Source of the DNA: Klebsormidium nitens
Taxonomy: Eukaryota; Plantae; Klebsormidiophyceae
Assembly: GCA_000708835.1 (NCBI GenBank)
Contig: DF237060.1
Location: 124,001 to 188,000 of the forward strand
Length of the DNA stretch: 64,000 bases
Direction: 5' to 3'
Shown here in pieces: positions 36,832 through 47,913 of this stretch. How positions within the stretch are numbered: the first letter of the stretch is position 1; the number at the start of each line of letters is the position of its first letter. Position numbers and translations under genes: made by a program. The notes beneath the pieces are model-generated. The model saw nothing but the letters and a program-made list of their open reading frames with translations. It had not been told where the DNA came from and did not search any database.

Positions 36832-37623
36832 TGTGCCGGGCTGCAGATTGGATCTGGTGATGCGACTAATAAACGCAGAATGCTGTGCCAGCGACTCGCG
36901 TCCGCCTGACAGGTGACCGATCCTTGGCGTACAAGTCCCATGTTTGATCTTCAAGAGTTGCGATCCCATCTTTTCAGAGATCAACGCTCGCGAAGTTGCA
37001 AGATCGCTTCGAACTCAAGAGAGGCCTGATTAGTCAGATTCTTTGCGCCGCCGGAGGAGCTGGGCTGGCCAGCATTCCCCTTCGTTGAAGCTCGGATCAC
37101 CAAAAGCAGCTGCCAGCCAGGGCTAAGCTGCATTGGAGGAAGGAGATCACCTTGGAGAAGGAGCTACCTAGCACGTCAAATGCAGCGAGCATATGTAGCG
37201 CTTTCAGAACATGAAGCCGTCGTTCTCAGAGTCATAGCACCATGCAATGGCAGTGCTGGTCAGCTCAATGTGGTGATCAGGACGAGGGTTAGCGTGACGG
37301 GTTTGTAGCCCTCGTCGTACAGCCCGTATTTGGATCTCGAGGGGGCACCGGAGCCATCTTTCGAGATCTACTACAGTCATACTTGGTCGCTGCGATATGG
37401 CTATTATGAAGCCCCCCCTAGAGTCCAAAACGGACCCTAACCTCGACTTAATTAACGAATTCATAACCCACATTCTCTCAATTAGGGTTCCGTTTGCCCG
37501 CTCTCACTTCTTGAAAGTTCACGTTCCACCTTCTCTTTTGCATATTGGGGTTTGACCATTTTTGGCGGAACCTCCCTTGTGCAGCACTGTAAGATCCCCG
37601 GAAGCCCCTTAGGAGGGGCAGCA
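36832..37623. promoter_or_regulatory. Probable bidirectional promoter region between divergently oriented NCS1 and Sfi1-repeat/kelch genes
   Basis: Inferred only from the head-to-head start codons ~790 bp apart. No specific element identified. Confidence 0.4.
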
Positions 37624-40600
37624 ATGGAGCTCGGGGCTATCGGCAGTCCCAGACAGGTGAGCGGTTTGGGCAAAGGCGGTAGACCAGAAACTTATGCAAT
37701 GCATCTGGAGATGGACAATTCTCACCACTCAGGCAGTTGACAGGTTCCTTCTACTTTCTCTTAGAAAGGTTGAGCGTCATGTGGATAATTCATATAAGAA
37801 GGGGTCCCTTGTGTTCTCCTTTTCTCAAAGCAGTCCACTAAGTAGCGGTGCCACCATGGTTTGTCAGGGTGTCTGATTGATTGTTGCATAGCCAGGTGGG
37901 AATGAGAGCACGTACATCACAATAAAGATCGAGCATCTCATTAGACATAAGTAGCAGTGAGTGGTGGTGGTTGAGGATTGTGTGGGGTGATTTAAAGATG
38001 GAATGAATCAAGAACTGTTGACTGGTGAAGCTTGAGTACCCTTGAAAGTTCAGGGAGGTCAGGCCCTGACAAGACCTTTTCTAAAAGCAGACTGGAAAGG
38101 CACGAGTTAAAGAGTTCTTTCTTCTCCTCTTTTATTTATCAGGGGTTTCAGTCTTCCAAGTGGGAGTATCAGAAGAATAGCACAATCCTGGAGCTAGAGG
38201 CCAGGAACAGGGCGCTCCAAGATCGGTTAGCAGAAGCAGCTCAAGCCCCAAAGCCGCCAGTATTGGAAGGGGCAGCGGGCCAGAATATCAAGGACAGAGT
38301 CAACCTTGAGGAGTTATTGGCATCGATCAGGGGCCCCTCACAATTGATGGAGCAGACGGTGCAGTTGAAACCGAGGGGGGGAAGCGGGATCAAGGTATGA
38401 TGCTCCAGATGAGCCTTTCAAATTTGCTGAAACTCGCTGCTTTAAGCAGTGAGACATCTAGGAAAAGCCACACTTGTCCACATCAGCTGTTGTTTCTTTC
38501 TGTTTCCTTGAGTGTCTGACCTTTGACAGTTGCTGGATCTCTCGCCGGTTCCGCTTGAAATTTTCGACAAAAGAGAACCATGTTTCAGAGTCTTAGAGGA
38601 CGCTAGGTCCCTGTGGTTTTTTGTAATTTTGACAGCTCTTACAAGCGGATAAGTGGCCCTCTTTTGGAGTTTAAACCTGCCAATCATGAAGTCCGCAAGA
38701 AGGTTGACCTGTGAAGGGAACGAAGTTCCGTATGAAAAAGCAGGTCATCCCAGGGGCATGCTCGATTCTGGTCAAGAACCTGAACGCTTATTTTGAGAGC
38801 ATCCTCAGAAATATGACATCTCATCAAGCTCATTTGAAAAAGCTTTATAGGTTTCAAAGTCATCAACACGTATGAAGACAGGGAGGATCAATCGATTCCA
38901 TCGCACAGGCAAGATATGTTATCCGATTGTGCAGATCCCAGGCTCCCAGTGGGAATGGCACAAGAACTCAGCCTTATTGGAACTAGAGCGGAGGAACCAA
39001 GCCCTGAGGCGCCAGCTGGACGCTGCAGAGCTCGCCTCTCTAGAGCAGAAGGCCCTGGCAGAGCGGGAGCGGCAGTTGTTCCAGGAGCTGCTGCAGAGGG
39101 AAGCGCAAAACGATGCCGTGCTGCGCAAGGCCTCTGCGGTTAAGCAGAGGCTTTTAGATCGGGCCCAGGCAGCAGTGGATGCGCAAGTCATGCTGAACGC
39201 GCTGGGGGGGTGGAGGGAGGCAACTAGAGCAGCGAGAAAAAAGAAGCTGTTGGGGAGGTTGTTGGTGATTTGGAGAAAGGAAGAGCTGCGAAAGGGGCTC
39301 AGAGCATTTCGAGAAGGCTTGGAGGTGCTGAGGGCGAAAGCTGAGAAAATGGCAGCGGCTGAGACGTTTAGGAGGGTGACTCTGGAACGAAGAGCGGCCT
39401 TTTCTTGGGGCGTTTTGATTGGGCGCTCGAGATGGAGGAAGGAGGTTATGGAGCGGGTTAGGGAGTCGAGATTGAGGTTGACCGGGACCTTTGTGTTTGC
39501 CGGCTGGCGGGAGACGTGTTGGGACCGACAACGTAAGCGGCTGGCGGCGCAGAGAGCCGTTGCATGGCGTAGGAGGACTCTTTTGAGAACGGGCTGGGTC
39601 GCCTGGAGGGCTGAGCAAGACGCGAGCGCACAGAAAGCTGTTGAGGCGGAAGCTCTTTACTGCAAGCATATTCTGGAAAGGTGGAACAGGGTGACTGCAC
39701 TTTCCCGCCTACTGAAAAGCAGGACTGGTGAATTCGGTATTTGGCGGGCCAAGCACTGCCTTAAGGCATGGGGTCAAGCGGCACAAAGCGAGAGGCAGAG
39801 GAAGCAGCAGGTGAAGTCGATGCAGACAGCGTGGCAGGCCCGTGTTCAAGGGTGCGCTTTCCAAGGCTGGTTCGAGTTGGTCGAGCGGAAGCGCTTCCTG
39901 CGGACTTGCAGTCAGGAGATACAGAAGAAGATGGCGACTCGGATCCAGAGGTGGGGTTGGGATGTCGTCGTAAAGCTGCGAAGGGTTAAACTTTACAGAG
40001 AAAGAACGCTTTTGAGAAGGAAGCAGTCATTGCTGAGAGCGTGGAGTAGCTGGTGTTCGGGAAAATTGCGGCACCGCGCTTTGGTCAGTAGGGAATTGCA
40101 GCGAGGCCGGCGCAGTGCGTTGAGGAGGGCGATTGTGGCGTGGAAGTCGGTGACTGGTGAGTCCGAGACGCAAAGTGTGCGCCTATAGGGCACGAAAGAG
40201 AGAGAACGAAGTCCGATGATGTCTGAAGTTTGAACGTTTATGCAGTGATCGGGAGCAAAAAACGTGCAATCTGAAACATACATGATGACTATGTTGGGAA
40301 ACATAGTACTCGACGACTGAAATGGTACACTTCGTGTTTTGGCAGTCACCAACAGCCCGCTCTTTGTCTACTCTTCAAAGACAAAGTAATAAAGAGCCAA
40401 AGTGACTGATCCATTTGATGGAACCACTTAGGCTGCCAAGCAGTCGGTGCTCTTTCTCGCTCTGAAGGAGGAGCATGCGGCAACACTCGCTGCTGGTCAC
40501 TTGGATTGACGCTCGTTATCCTGCGTACTTCCTGCTTCTGCCAGAAGGAGATTTTAAAAATCATTCTGCAACGCATTGACCTTTTACTTTTTGTTTCCAG

Positions 40601-43600
40601 ATGAGGGCGTACGTCTACAGCTTGAGGACTCTTCCGCTCGCTTCTCCGAGCGGATCCACGACTTGGAAGCCAAGCTGTCTGCTGCCAAGACGGCGCAGAG
40701 CGAGGCCCTGTCATGGTTGGAGGAGTACCAGGCGGAGAGGCGCACACTGCTGGCCTCAGCGGAGCTGGCGAACGCGCGGACGCCCGTCTGGAGCAGCGGA
40801 ATGCTAGACGGTAGGTCCGCGGATGCCGGTTGACTGGTTGCGGGGCGCTCAAATCTGGGCGCTCAAATCTGACGGACCTGTTTTGACAGACCGTAGCGGG
40901 TCGTACAACCGAACATCCATTGCTGGTGCCGAAATTAAGGGTCCGCATCTTTTTGGTCGACATCCTGCTAATGTAGTTGCATTCTCACTTTGAATAGAGT
41001 TCGTCGTTCGATGTTGATGACCGTCCGGTGCTTGACCGTCTGAGACTACCTTCGTCGCGAACCGTAAAGCCTTTCTTTGACACCAAGGTTCAGATCCCTT
41101 GGCGGTGAATCATTCACAGGCCTAAAAGGCAAGGGAAGAGCGAGACAACAGGTTTTGTGTACAGATGTTTTCTTGCTTTGTGCAGCGGAGCTCCGCTGGC
41201 GAGCTGTGGGCTCTGCCGGCGGCCTCAGCCCTCGGTCCGGACACTCCGCTGCCGCGCTGTTCGAAGACCCGGACGAAGTCGGAGCAGCTCCGAGGGGGGT
41301 CGTCGTCTTTGGGGGCTGGAATGGCACGGAGTGGTTTAACGACGCGTACCTTTTCGACTCGGGTAAGTCGCACGATCGGAAGTGTCGGTCAGGATGACGT
41401 GGCAACCATTCTGTGCCGCTTTTGTCGTTTCACTGCTGTAGAGCAAGCGTTACTTAGGGTGGTGGCATACTCCTTGTCGCCACTGTCTTCGCTTGCCTGG
41501 GGCGTAAGCCGCGAGGGTGTGGCCGCCGGGACCATATGATAATCGCATGCGAACAGAGTAACTCCCACTTTGACGGTTTTGTTGCGGCCGTAAAAGATAC
41601 TTTCCACAGAGGTGACTTCGTGCCATTGTATCTGAGCTTTTATTATCACCGTCTTTCGACCACAGAGAGTCAAGTCTGGACGGAGGTGGTGTCAGAACTT
41701 TCAGAAGCACCACTGGCGCGCAACGACCACTGCGCGTGCGCCATCCCCGGGAGGCGGATGCTCGTCTTTGGGGGCTTCGACGGGAGCGACGAGTTAGCGG
41801 ACCTGCACGTTTTGACCGTGGACGAGGACGGAAGTAAGTGAACGTACCGCCCTTTCCTTTCCGCTTAGAAGTCGGCGGCCTGCCGCTTCCCGGAACCCTT
41901 TGCTTTGTCGCAACGGATGAGCACTTCAGCTCGCATGGGTGTCATAGGACGACGCTCTTGAATATGTCTGACGTACCTGCTGTTGGGACGACGTGAGTAC
42001 AAAAAAGGGCGCTTTCTCTGGAGCTTCAGTAGCGCAAGGTTTCGCATTAGAGTCGCTGTGTCTGCGGTTGTCCGTGGTTGATGTCTGCCCGATGTCTGCC
42101 TGCCTAGGGGACTCTTTGATACATCCATTCCCGCTTCCACTGTTCGGGTTGGCTTACAAGCCTTTTTCACGCCGAAATGCAATATCGAAAGAAGTACAAT
42201 CAGAAGATATCTCGGTTCTCGGCAATCTGCAAATCCTCAGCCCCTCCCCCGCGTCCCTCCAGGCACTTTCCACTGGTCTCAGCCCGACCTCGGCATCGGC
42301 GCGCGCCCTGGCCCCCTCTCCCACGCCTCCTGCTGCCTGCTGCCGTCAGGCCGCCACGTGGCCCTTTTTGGCGGGTACCGTTCCGGTTCCGGCCTGCTGA
42401 ACGAGCTGTGGGTGCTGGAACTGGACCGCTGGGAGTGGAGCCAGCCGGAGGTGGCGGGGGATCCCCCTCGGGCACGGAGGGGCCACGTGATGGAGGTGCT
42501 CGGGGACCTGGTGGTGGTGCACGGGGGGTACGACGGGCAGGCGCATCTGAGCGACCTCTATGTGCTGGTAGGTGCGACATATTGGGCGGCATTTGTGTGC
42601 TGGTAACTTGCAAGACATGTGGGCGACTTTCGTGTGCTGGTAAGTGCGAATTATCTGGGCGACTTTTGTGTGCTGATAAGTGCGAGATCATTGCGGCGAC
42701 TTTCACGTGCTGGTAAGTTGCGAAAGCGCTTCGCAGGTCGCAGCTAACGAGAGGATTCATTGTTTTGTGCGTACGTTATCACGTTTCTGGGGTCCTCTTG
42801 AACGTGAGTACGGAAGCGGAAGTAAACTTTTGGACTCCGGTGCAAGAAGCCGCTTGGTAAAATGGAGGTGGTCTGTTGGTTCTCTTCTTCACCCAGCTTC
42901 AGTGAAGGAGCTTTAGTGCGATCCTCGTCAGAGGCGTCTGCGTTTTCTTGGTATGCCTCTTGTTGAGAGGAAACCAGACCTAAGTAGAGTTTCGTGTTTG
43001 TCCACAGGACCTGAATACCATGGTCTGGCGGAGAGTCGACCCCGTTGGGGACGTACCGGCCCCCAGGCGAGGCCACGTGTCCACTGCCATCGGGCGTCAC
43101 GTGCTCATCCACGGCGGCTTCGACGGAGCCGACTACCTGGATGACGTGTACACGCTCGACATCGACGGCTTCATCTGGCTCCAAAGAGCTCCGATGACGT
43201 CAGCAGCCGACCACGTGGAACTAGTCGGGGAGCTGGGGGCGCCACATCGGGAGCTGCGAGAGATCGATCCAAACGTCGGCGCGAGGGCGGGAACGATGAA
43301 AGGCGTGGGAAGAGTGCGGGCAAGCGAAGTTGAAGGGGGCATCGCGGATGAGAACGACAGGCGCCCGGGAAATGCGGACCGCTCGGAAGCCGCAAAGCAA
43401 ACCAAGAGGATAAGCTCGACTACCGGTCGGGATCCAGAGAAGTACGAGACGGGAAAAGGTGCCGCTACGTTGCAATTCAATGGCGCCCCGAAACGGGAAC
43501 CTTTTCCGGAGGGACGGGCGTTCCATCAGGCCGTGTTCGACGGTCACCGGGTCGTCGTGATCGGCGGCGCCCATTCACACTCCGTCCTTGAGAGCGTCCT

Positions 43601-46150
43601 GCTGCTCGAGAACACAGCCGCCGAGGACGGACGCGCGCTCGCGCGCGTGCACTTCTCGGCTTTAGAAGAAGCTAACGACTTGAGGAACGAGTGTATGCGG
43701 CTGGAGAGGGAGCTCGCGGCCGCGCGGGCGGAGGGTTCGGGGTTTAGGGCCGCGGGCGAGCGGCTGGCGGCGGCGCTGCGCGTGGAGGCGCAGGCAAAGA
43801 AGGGCGCAATCGCGGCGCAGCGGATCTTGGGGCAGAAGCTCAAGAAGGCGCGCGCGGAGGGGGCCGAGCTGGACGCGGAAGTCAGCAGGTAAGAAGTGCG
43901 CGATACATTCTTGCTTTGAGAAGTGCACTTACATTAACTTTGTTATTCTGGTAAGGCTCATTTGCAGAAGCTGAAGAAGTAGAGCTCCGAGGGGGGCGAG
44001 AATCAGAGAAATCTCGCCGTTTGACGGTGTATTTTTGTCAATTATTGCGGGTGGACGCTGCCAGGACGTACGTATAAGGCTGTCGCGAAAACACAGTTTG
44101 CTACAGAGCATGCATATGATGGTAGATGGTCGCAGAATGGCGGAAAATGGAACACGAGCCCGTTTGAGGCGGAAACACGGCACAAATAGTTCGTCACGTA
44201 GAAGAAGTTCAATAGAGAAACGTCGGGACCCGTGAAAGAGCCCACAGCTTCTGAAGTCTGACTACATTTGCTTGAAATTACTAGGATGGAATAAAGGGCT
44301 CATATTTATACACTCGTGGTTCCTGGATGCGCTCAAAGTGTCACACCCTCCTTCCATGCAGTCTCCAAGAACAGCTCCAGAGCAAGGCCGCCGAGTGCCA
44401 CCTCGCACACCAGCACGTGACGTCAGCCCAGAAGGCCCTGCACGCATCCGAAGCAGACCACCAAAAGGCCCTGTTCCAGGCGGCAGCGGCCGCGCAGGAA
44501 GAGCGGCTACGAGCCGCCGGAAAGATAGCAGAGCTTGAGGCGCTGGTGGGCTTCCACGAGACGGAGTTCCGGCGGAAGGCGGAGGAGGCGGAAGCGCTGC
44601 GAGCGGACCGGAACGGTGGGGCGGTCAGAGTGGCGGAGTTGGAGGGGGAGGTGCAGCGCGTGCGGGGATTGCTGGCAAAGGCGGACGAAGAGGTGCGCTT
44701 TGGGCGCTTCCTATTCTCCTCCTTATGCCAACGGTTTTTCAACGAAAGACTTGTTTCTTCGTTGTCGTGTCGTCCTCTTTTGTCTTCTTCTCGCTAGGTC
44801 CAGGTCACGTTTCGTGAGCTCCTACGGAGAACTCGCGCTCTTGTAGCGCGTTTCGTCCGCTTTCCTTGCTCTGCTCGCTAAAAGGTGGTTGCTGCCTACC
44901 AGAAAAGCGGTTGTTTGATAGGCTTGTCGTCTTCCGTAGGCCGGGTCGAAAGTAGAGAGCTCGCGACCAGGAGGCTGTACAAGAACGTCCCCATCGCATG
45001 AGCGCTTAAAATGGAGACTCCAGAGCCCTAGCAAAGCTGGCTGGTCTCCTTGAACATTGCTTTCAGCCTTGATGCGACACATAAACCCCTCGATGCAAAT
45101 TGAGGTTTTCAAATGATGGAGAGCCTTACTACCGACCTTTCCGCTTCCCAGGCTGAACTGAAGGTCCGTCGAGCAACCGAAGAGGGCCTCGCGGCCGCCC
45201 GGGCGCTCGAGCGGCGCCTCCAAGAGCAGGAAGCAGAGGCGGAACGCGTCGCGCAGACCGCCCGGGAAGAGGCAACCGGGCAGGCCGAGGCACGTGCACA
45301 GTCTAGTTTGCAGATTGAGCAGTTGCGGGCGGAGCGACTGGGGGAGCGCGTGAGGACCTTGGAGAAGGAGAGAGTCGACGAGCGGCGATTTGTGGAGAGT
45401 TACCGGAGGGAGCGGGATGCAGCGGAGGCGGCCCGTCGGGAGGTGAGTTTAGGACAATGCTTTAAGGTTCGATTCTTCATAGCGCGCTATGGTCCCCTTT
45501 GGATTCGCTCATTGCAGTTTTGTCTTGTTTCCTCCGGCCTCGCTTTGACTGTGCTCTTGTAACTGGACTCCAACGTTTGGACTGGCGTCTCTTAGGCAGC
45601 CAACAATCACGCATGTAGATCTTGAAGACTTTTGTATGACGAACCAAAAGTGACGGTGGATCGGCCGAAGACGCACGCGAGACGATTAGATCCTCTCTAG
45701 GCTCCTGGAGCTTTGCGGGCAGCGCTACGCTCGTACCTAAAATTCCCCTCACCACAAAGCCCTCGGTGAATCTAAATTACGGAACATTACATGAAGCTGC
45801 GTAAGTTTGGCGTAAAGAACCGCGGGATCGCTGTGAAGGAATGAGCATAGCGGTCGATCGAATTTGAATGCAAGTTGCGATCCAGTCATGTTCTCCATTC
45901 ACCTCTTGAGGGGTTGACGTCGTTGGCGGTATTACCTCAAAGAGCCTTAAACAGCCACACGGAACCAAGGCTTTTTGACCAATCACAACGTTGCCCACAG
46001 GCGGAAGCGATGCGCGCGGAAGCTCTGGAGTACACGCGGGCGATGGAGAGCCGATGTCGGGAGGAGCTGGCAAGAATGGAGGTGAGGCTGACGTACTTGA
46101 CTATGGCGTGTCAAGATGACGTCTGTCGCCAGGTCGCCCGAAACGCCTAA
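37624..46150 (+). CDS. Sfi1-like Trp-repeat + kelch beta-propeller + coiled-coil protein
   Basis: Phase-consistent exons: 37624-37656, 38143-38394, 38935-40156, 40601-40810, 41186-41362, 41666-41833, 42263-42567, 43008-43888, 44362-44692, 45152-45442, 46001-46081; last exon uncertain. Trp recurs at 33-aa spacing several times in exon 3. Kelch motifs: PRSGHSA..VVVFGGWNG, ARNDHCA..MLVFGGFDG, VALFGGY, ARRGHVM..VVVHGGYDG, PRRGHVS..VLIHGGFDG, GRAFHQA..VVVIGG. Confidence 0.85.
42551..42722 (+). repeat. Five ~36-37 bp tandem copies of a kelch exon 3' end plus donor site
   Basis: gcgacctctatgtgctg|gtaggtgcg (42551), then variants at ~42586, 42623, 42659 and 42696 (gcgactttcgtgtgctggtaagtgcg etc.). 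Confidence 0.9.
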
Positions 46151-47913
46151 TCTTCGAGCAGGCTGATGCCGCTCGCTGTGGAGTGACTATGATCCTGAGA
46201 TGCGCAAACCAATTGGGAATCTTTTACATAGATTTGCTGATCTGACGACGTACAGTCGATTGTACTGTCTTTGCTACAATTGTGCTACTTCGTCACTCTT
46301 TTGGACGCGCAGGAAACGCGAGGTCCGATGTTACAGAAAGGGAATGATGAGTCAGAATCTCGCACAAGCGGCAACAAGCCTCGGAGTTAGCCGCAATACA
46401 CGGACGATGTCCTGACTGGAGACTCTCGTGTGCCATGTGCAGGAGAAGGTCAGGGCTGCAGGGTTGGCCCGGTGGCAAGCAGACGCAGAAGTAGGAACGG
46501 AGGATAAAGAAAGGGGCGGCGAGGCGCGGCATCAAGTAGAGGTGCTGTTAGAGGCATCGCTTGGGGGGTGATCATGGAAGCATCTCTGAGGTCTGGCTCT
46601 GACACTGGAACTTGACGCCGCTCTTCCCTGGCTGTTTCCTGGCCTTTCAAGCCTCTGCTTCGTTCTACCGTGCATAGCCCACGACAATATTGGCAATCAA
46701 TCTGGCTCTATGGGAGGATTGGTCAAATCTGTTTCTTGAACACCTGTAAGCCTCAGGACGGCGGCGATCAAGTAGTGTCGTTTGTCGTTCGTGCGATGTC
46801 TGCCTCCAGTACTCTAGATCAGGCAGCCAACTGTTCGCTAGGTTCTCTATATAGCACCCAACTATTCGCTAGGTCCTCTTCGTTCTGTGTACGATTTGTG
46901 GAAAAACATGCACATTCGCCCACATTCCCGGCCCCATGTCATCTTATACTTCTGCTTCAGGATCCTCATGTAGCCTAACGTAGTTAATCTCAGCCAAAGG
47001 TACATTGGCCAGATCGAGGATTCCACGCGAACGCAATTGCATTCGTTGGTGGCGCAACAAGACAACTGACATGTGCAACAAGAGGCCAGCTGGCAGCTGC
47101 GTGCAAATCAAGCAAGCGCTGTACAATTGGCCCCCTAGCTCCCAACCCTGAACTACGTTATGCTAGCTCGTGCTTATATGAGTGACTGGCATATCCAACC
47201 GTACATCGTGGTAAACAATTGTCACCATTGCCATGCAAGAACTGTTTGCTCTGCGAGCTGGCACCAAATCTGAAGAGCTGCAAAAGCTCTTCAGAGTCTC
47301 GAGTACCTAGGTAGACTTTCGTTGTGGGCCTTGCATGTGATATAGCGTATAGGCGACCTGTGCATGAAATTGGGACCGAATTGAATGAAGCATGGTACCG
47401 CTTGGGGCTTTTTGATAGATCCTGGTATGTACCGTTCAGTTTGACCGACGTATAGCCTATAGCATTACATGCTGTGTAGTGTGCAGAGTTGAGCAAGGCA
47501 GCGCTGGCAACCTAGCACTAGGCAGCATATGGGAACGTCATGGCGCCTTTGAGCTTTGAGGGTTTGCCAGGCGTCTCGACTCTCAGCGCGAAAGGAAGGC
47601 ATTCCCTTTTTGGCCCCTTGCTTGTGTGTGCGGCCCTCTTGTCTAATCCTTCGAGGCATTGCAATTTGAAAGTGATTCCATCAAGAGAGTTCAAAAGCTG
47701 TTGATGAACTTCGTAAGTTGCCTAGCTTTGAAACCTCAGCGTTTGAATTTCAAGAAAGGGCATAGGGCTGACTGTTTGACTACCACCTTGCGAGAAGGAG
47801 AAAGTCAGCACCAGTGATACATTTGGTGCGGGCGGAGCAGCTGATGAAAGCTGACTGATTCCATGTTGCCGTTGGGGTAGGTGGAGACAGTGCGCAAGTG
47901 GAAGAACACAAGA

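Noticed and set aside
37030-37440. 137-codon plus-strand frame with one TAG in the NCS1/kelch intergenic region
   Set aside because: No motif recognised; the length is compatible with chance at this GC content.
42551-42722. CRISPR-like array of ~36-bp repeats
   Set aside because: The units are contiguous, diverged copies of an exon-intron junction with no unique spacers, in a eukaryotic gene with no cas genes.
42177-45223. Numerous Arg/Pro/Ala-rich antisense and off-frame ORFs (also at 20600-23500 and 57400-58340)
   Set aside because: Shadow ORFs of GC-rich exons already explained by the gene models.
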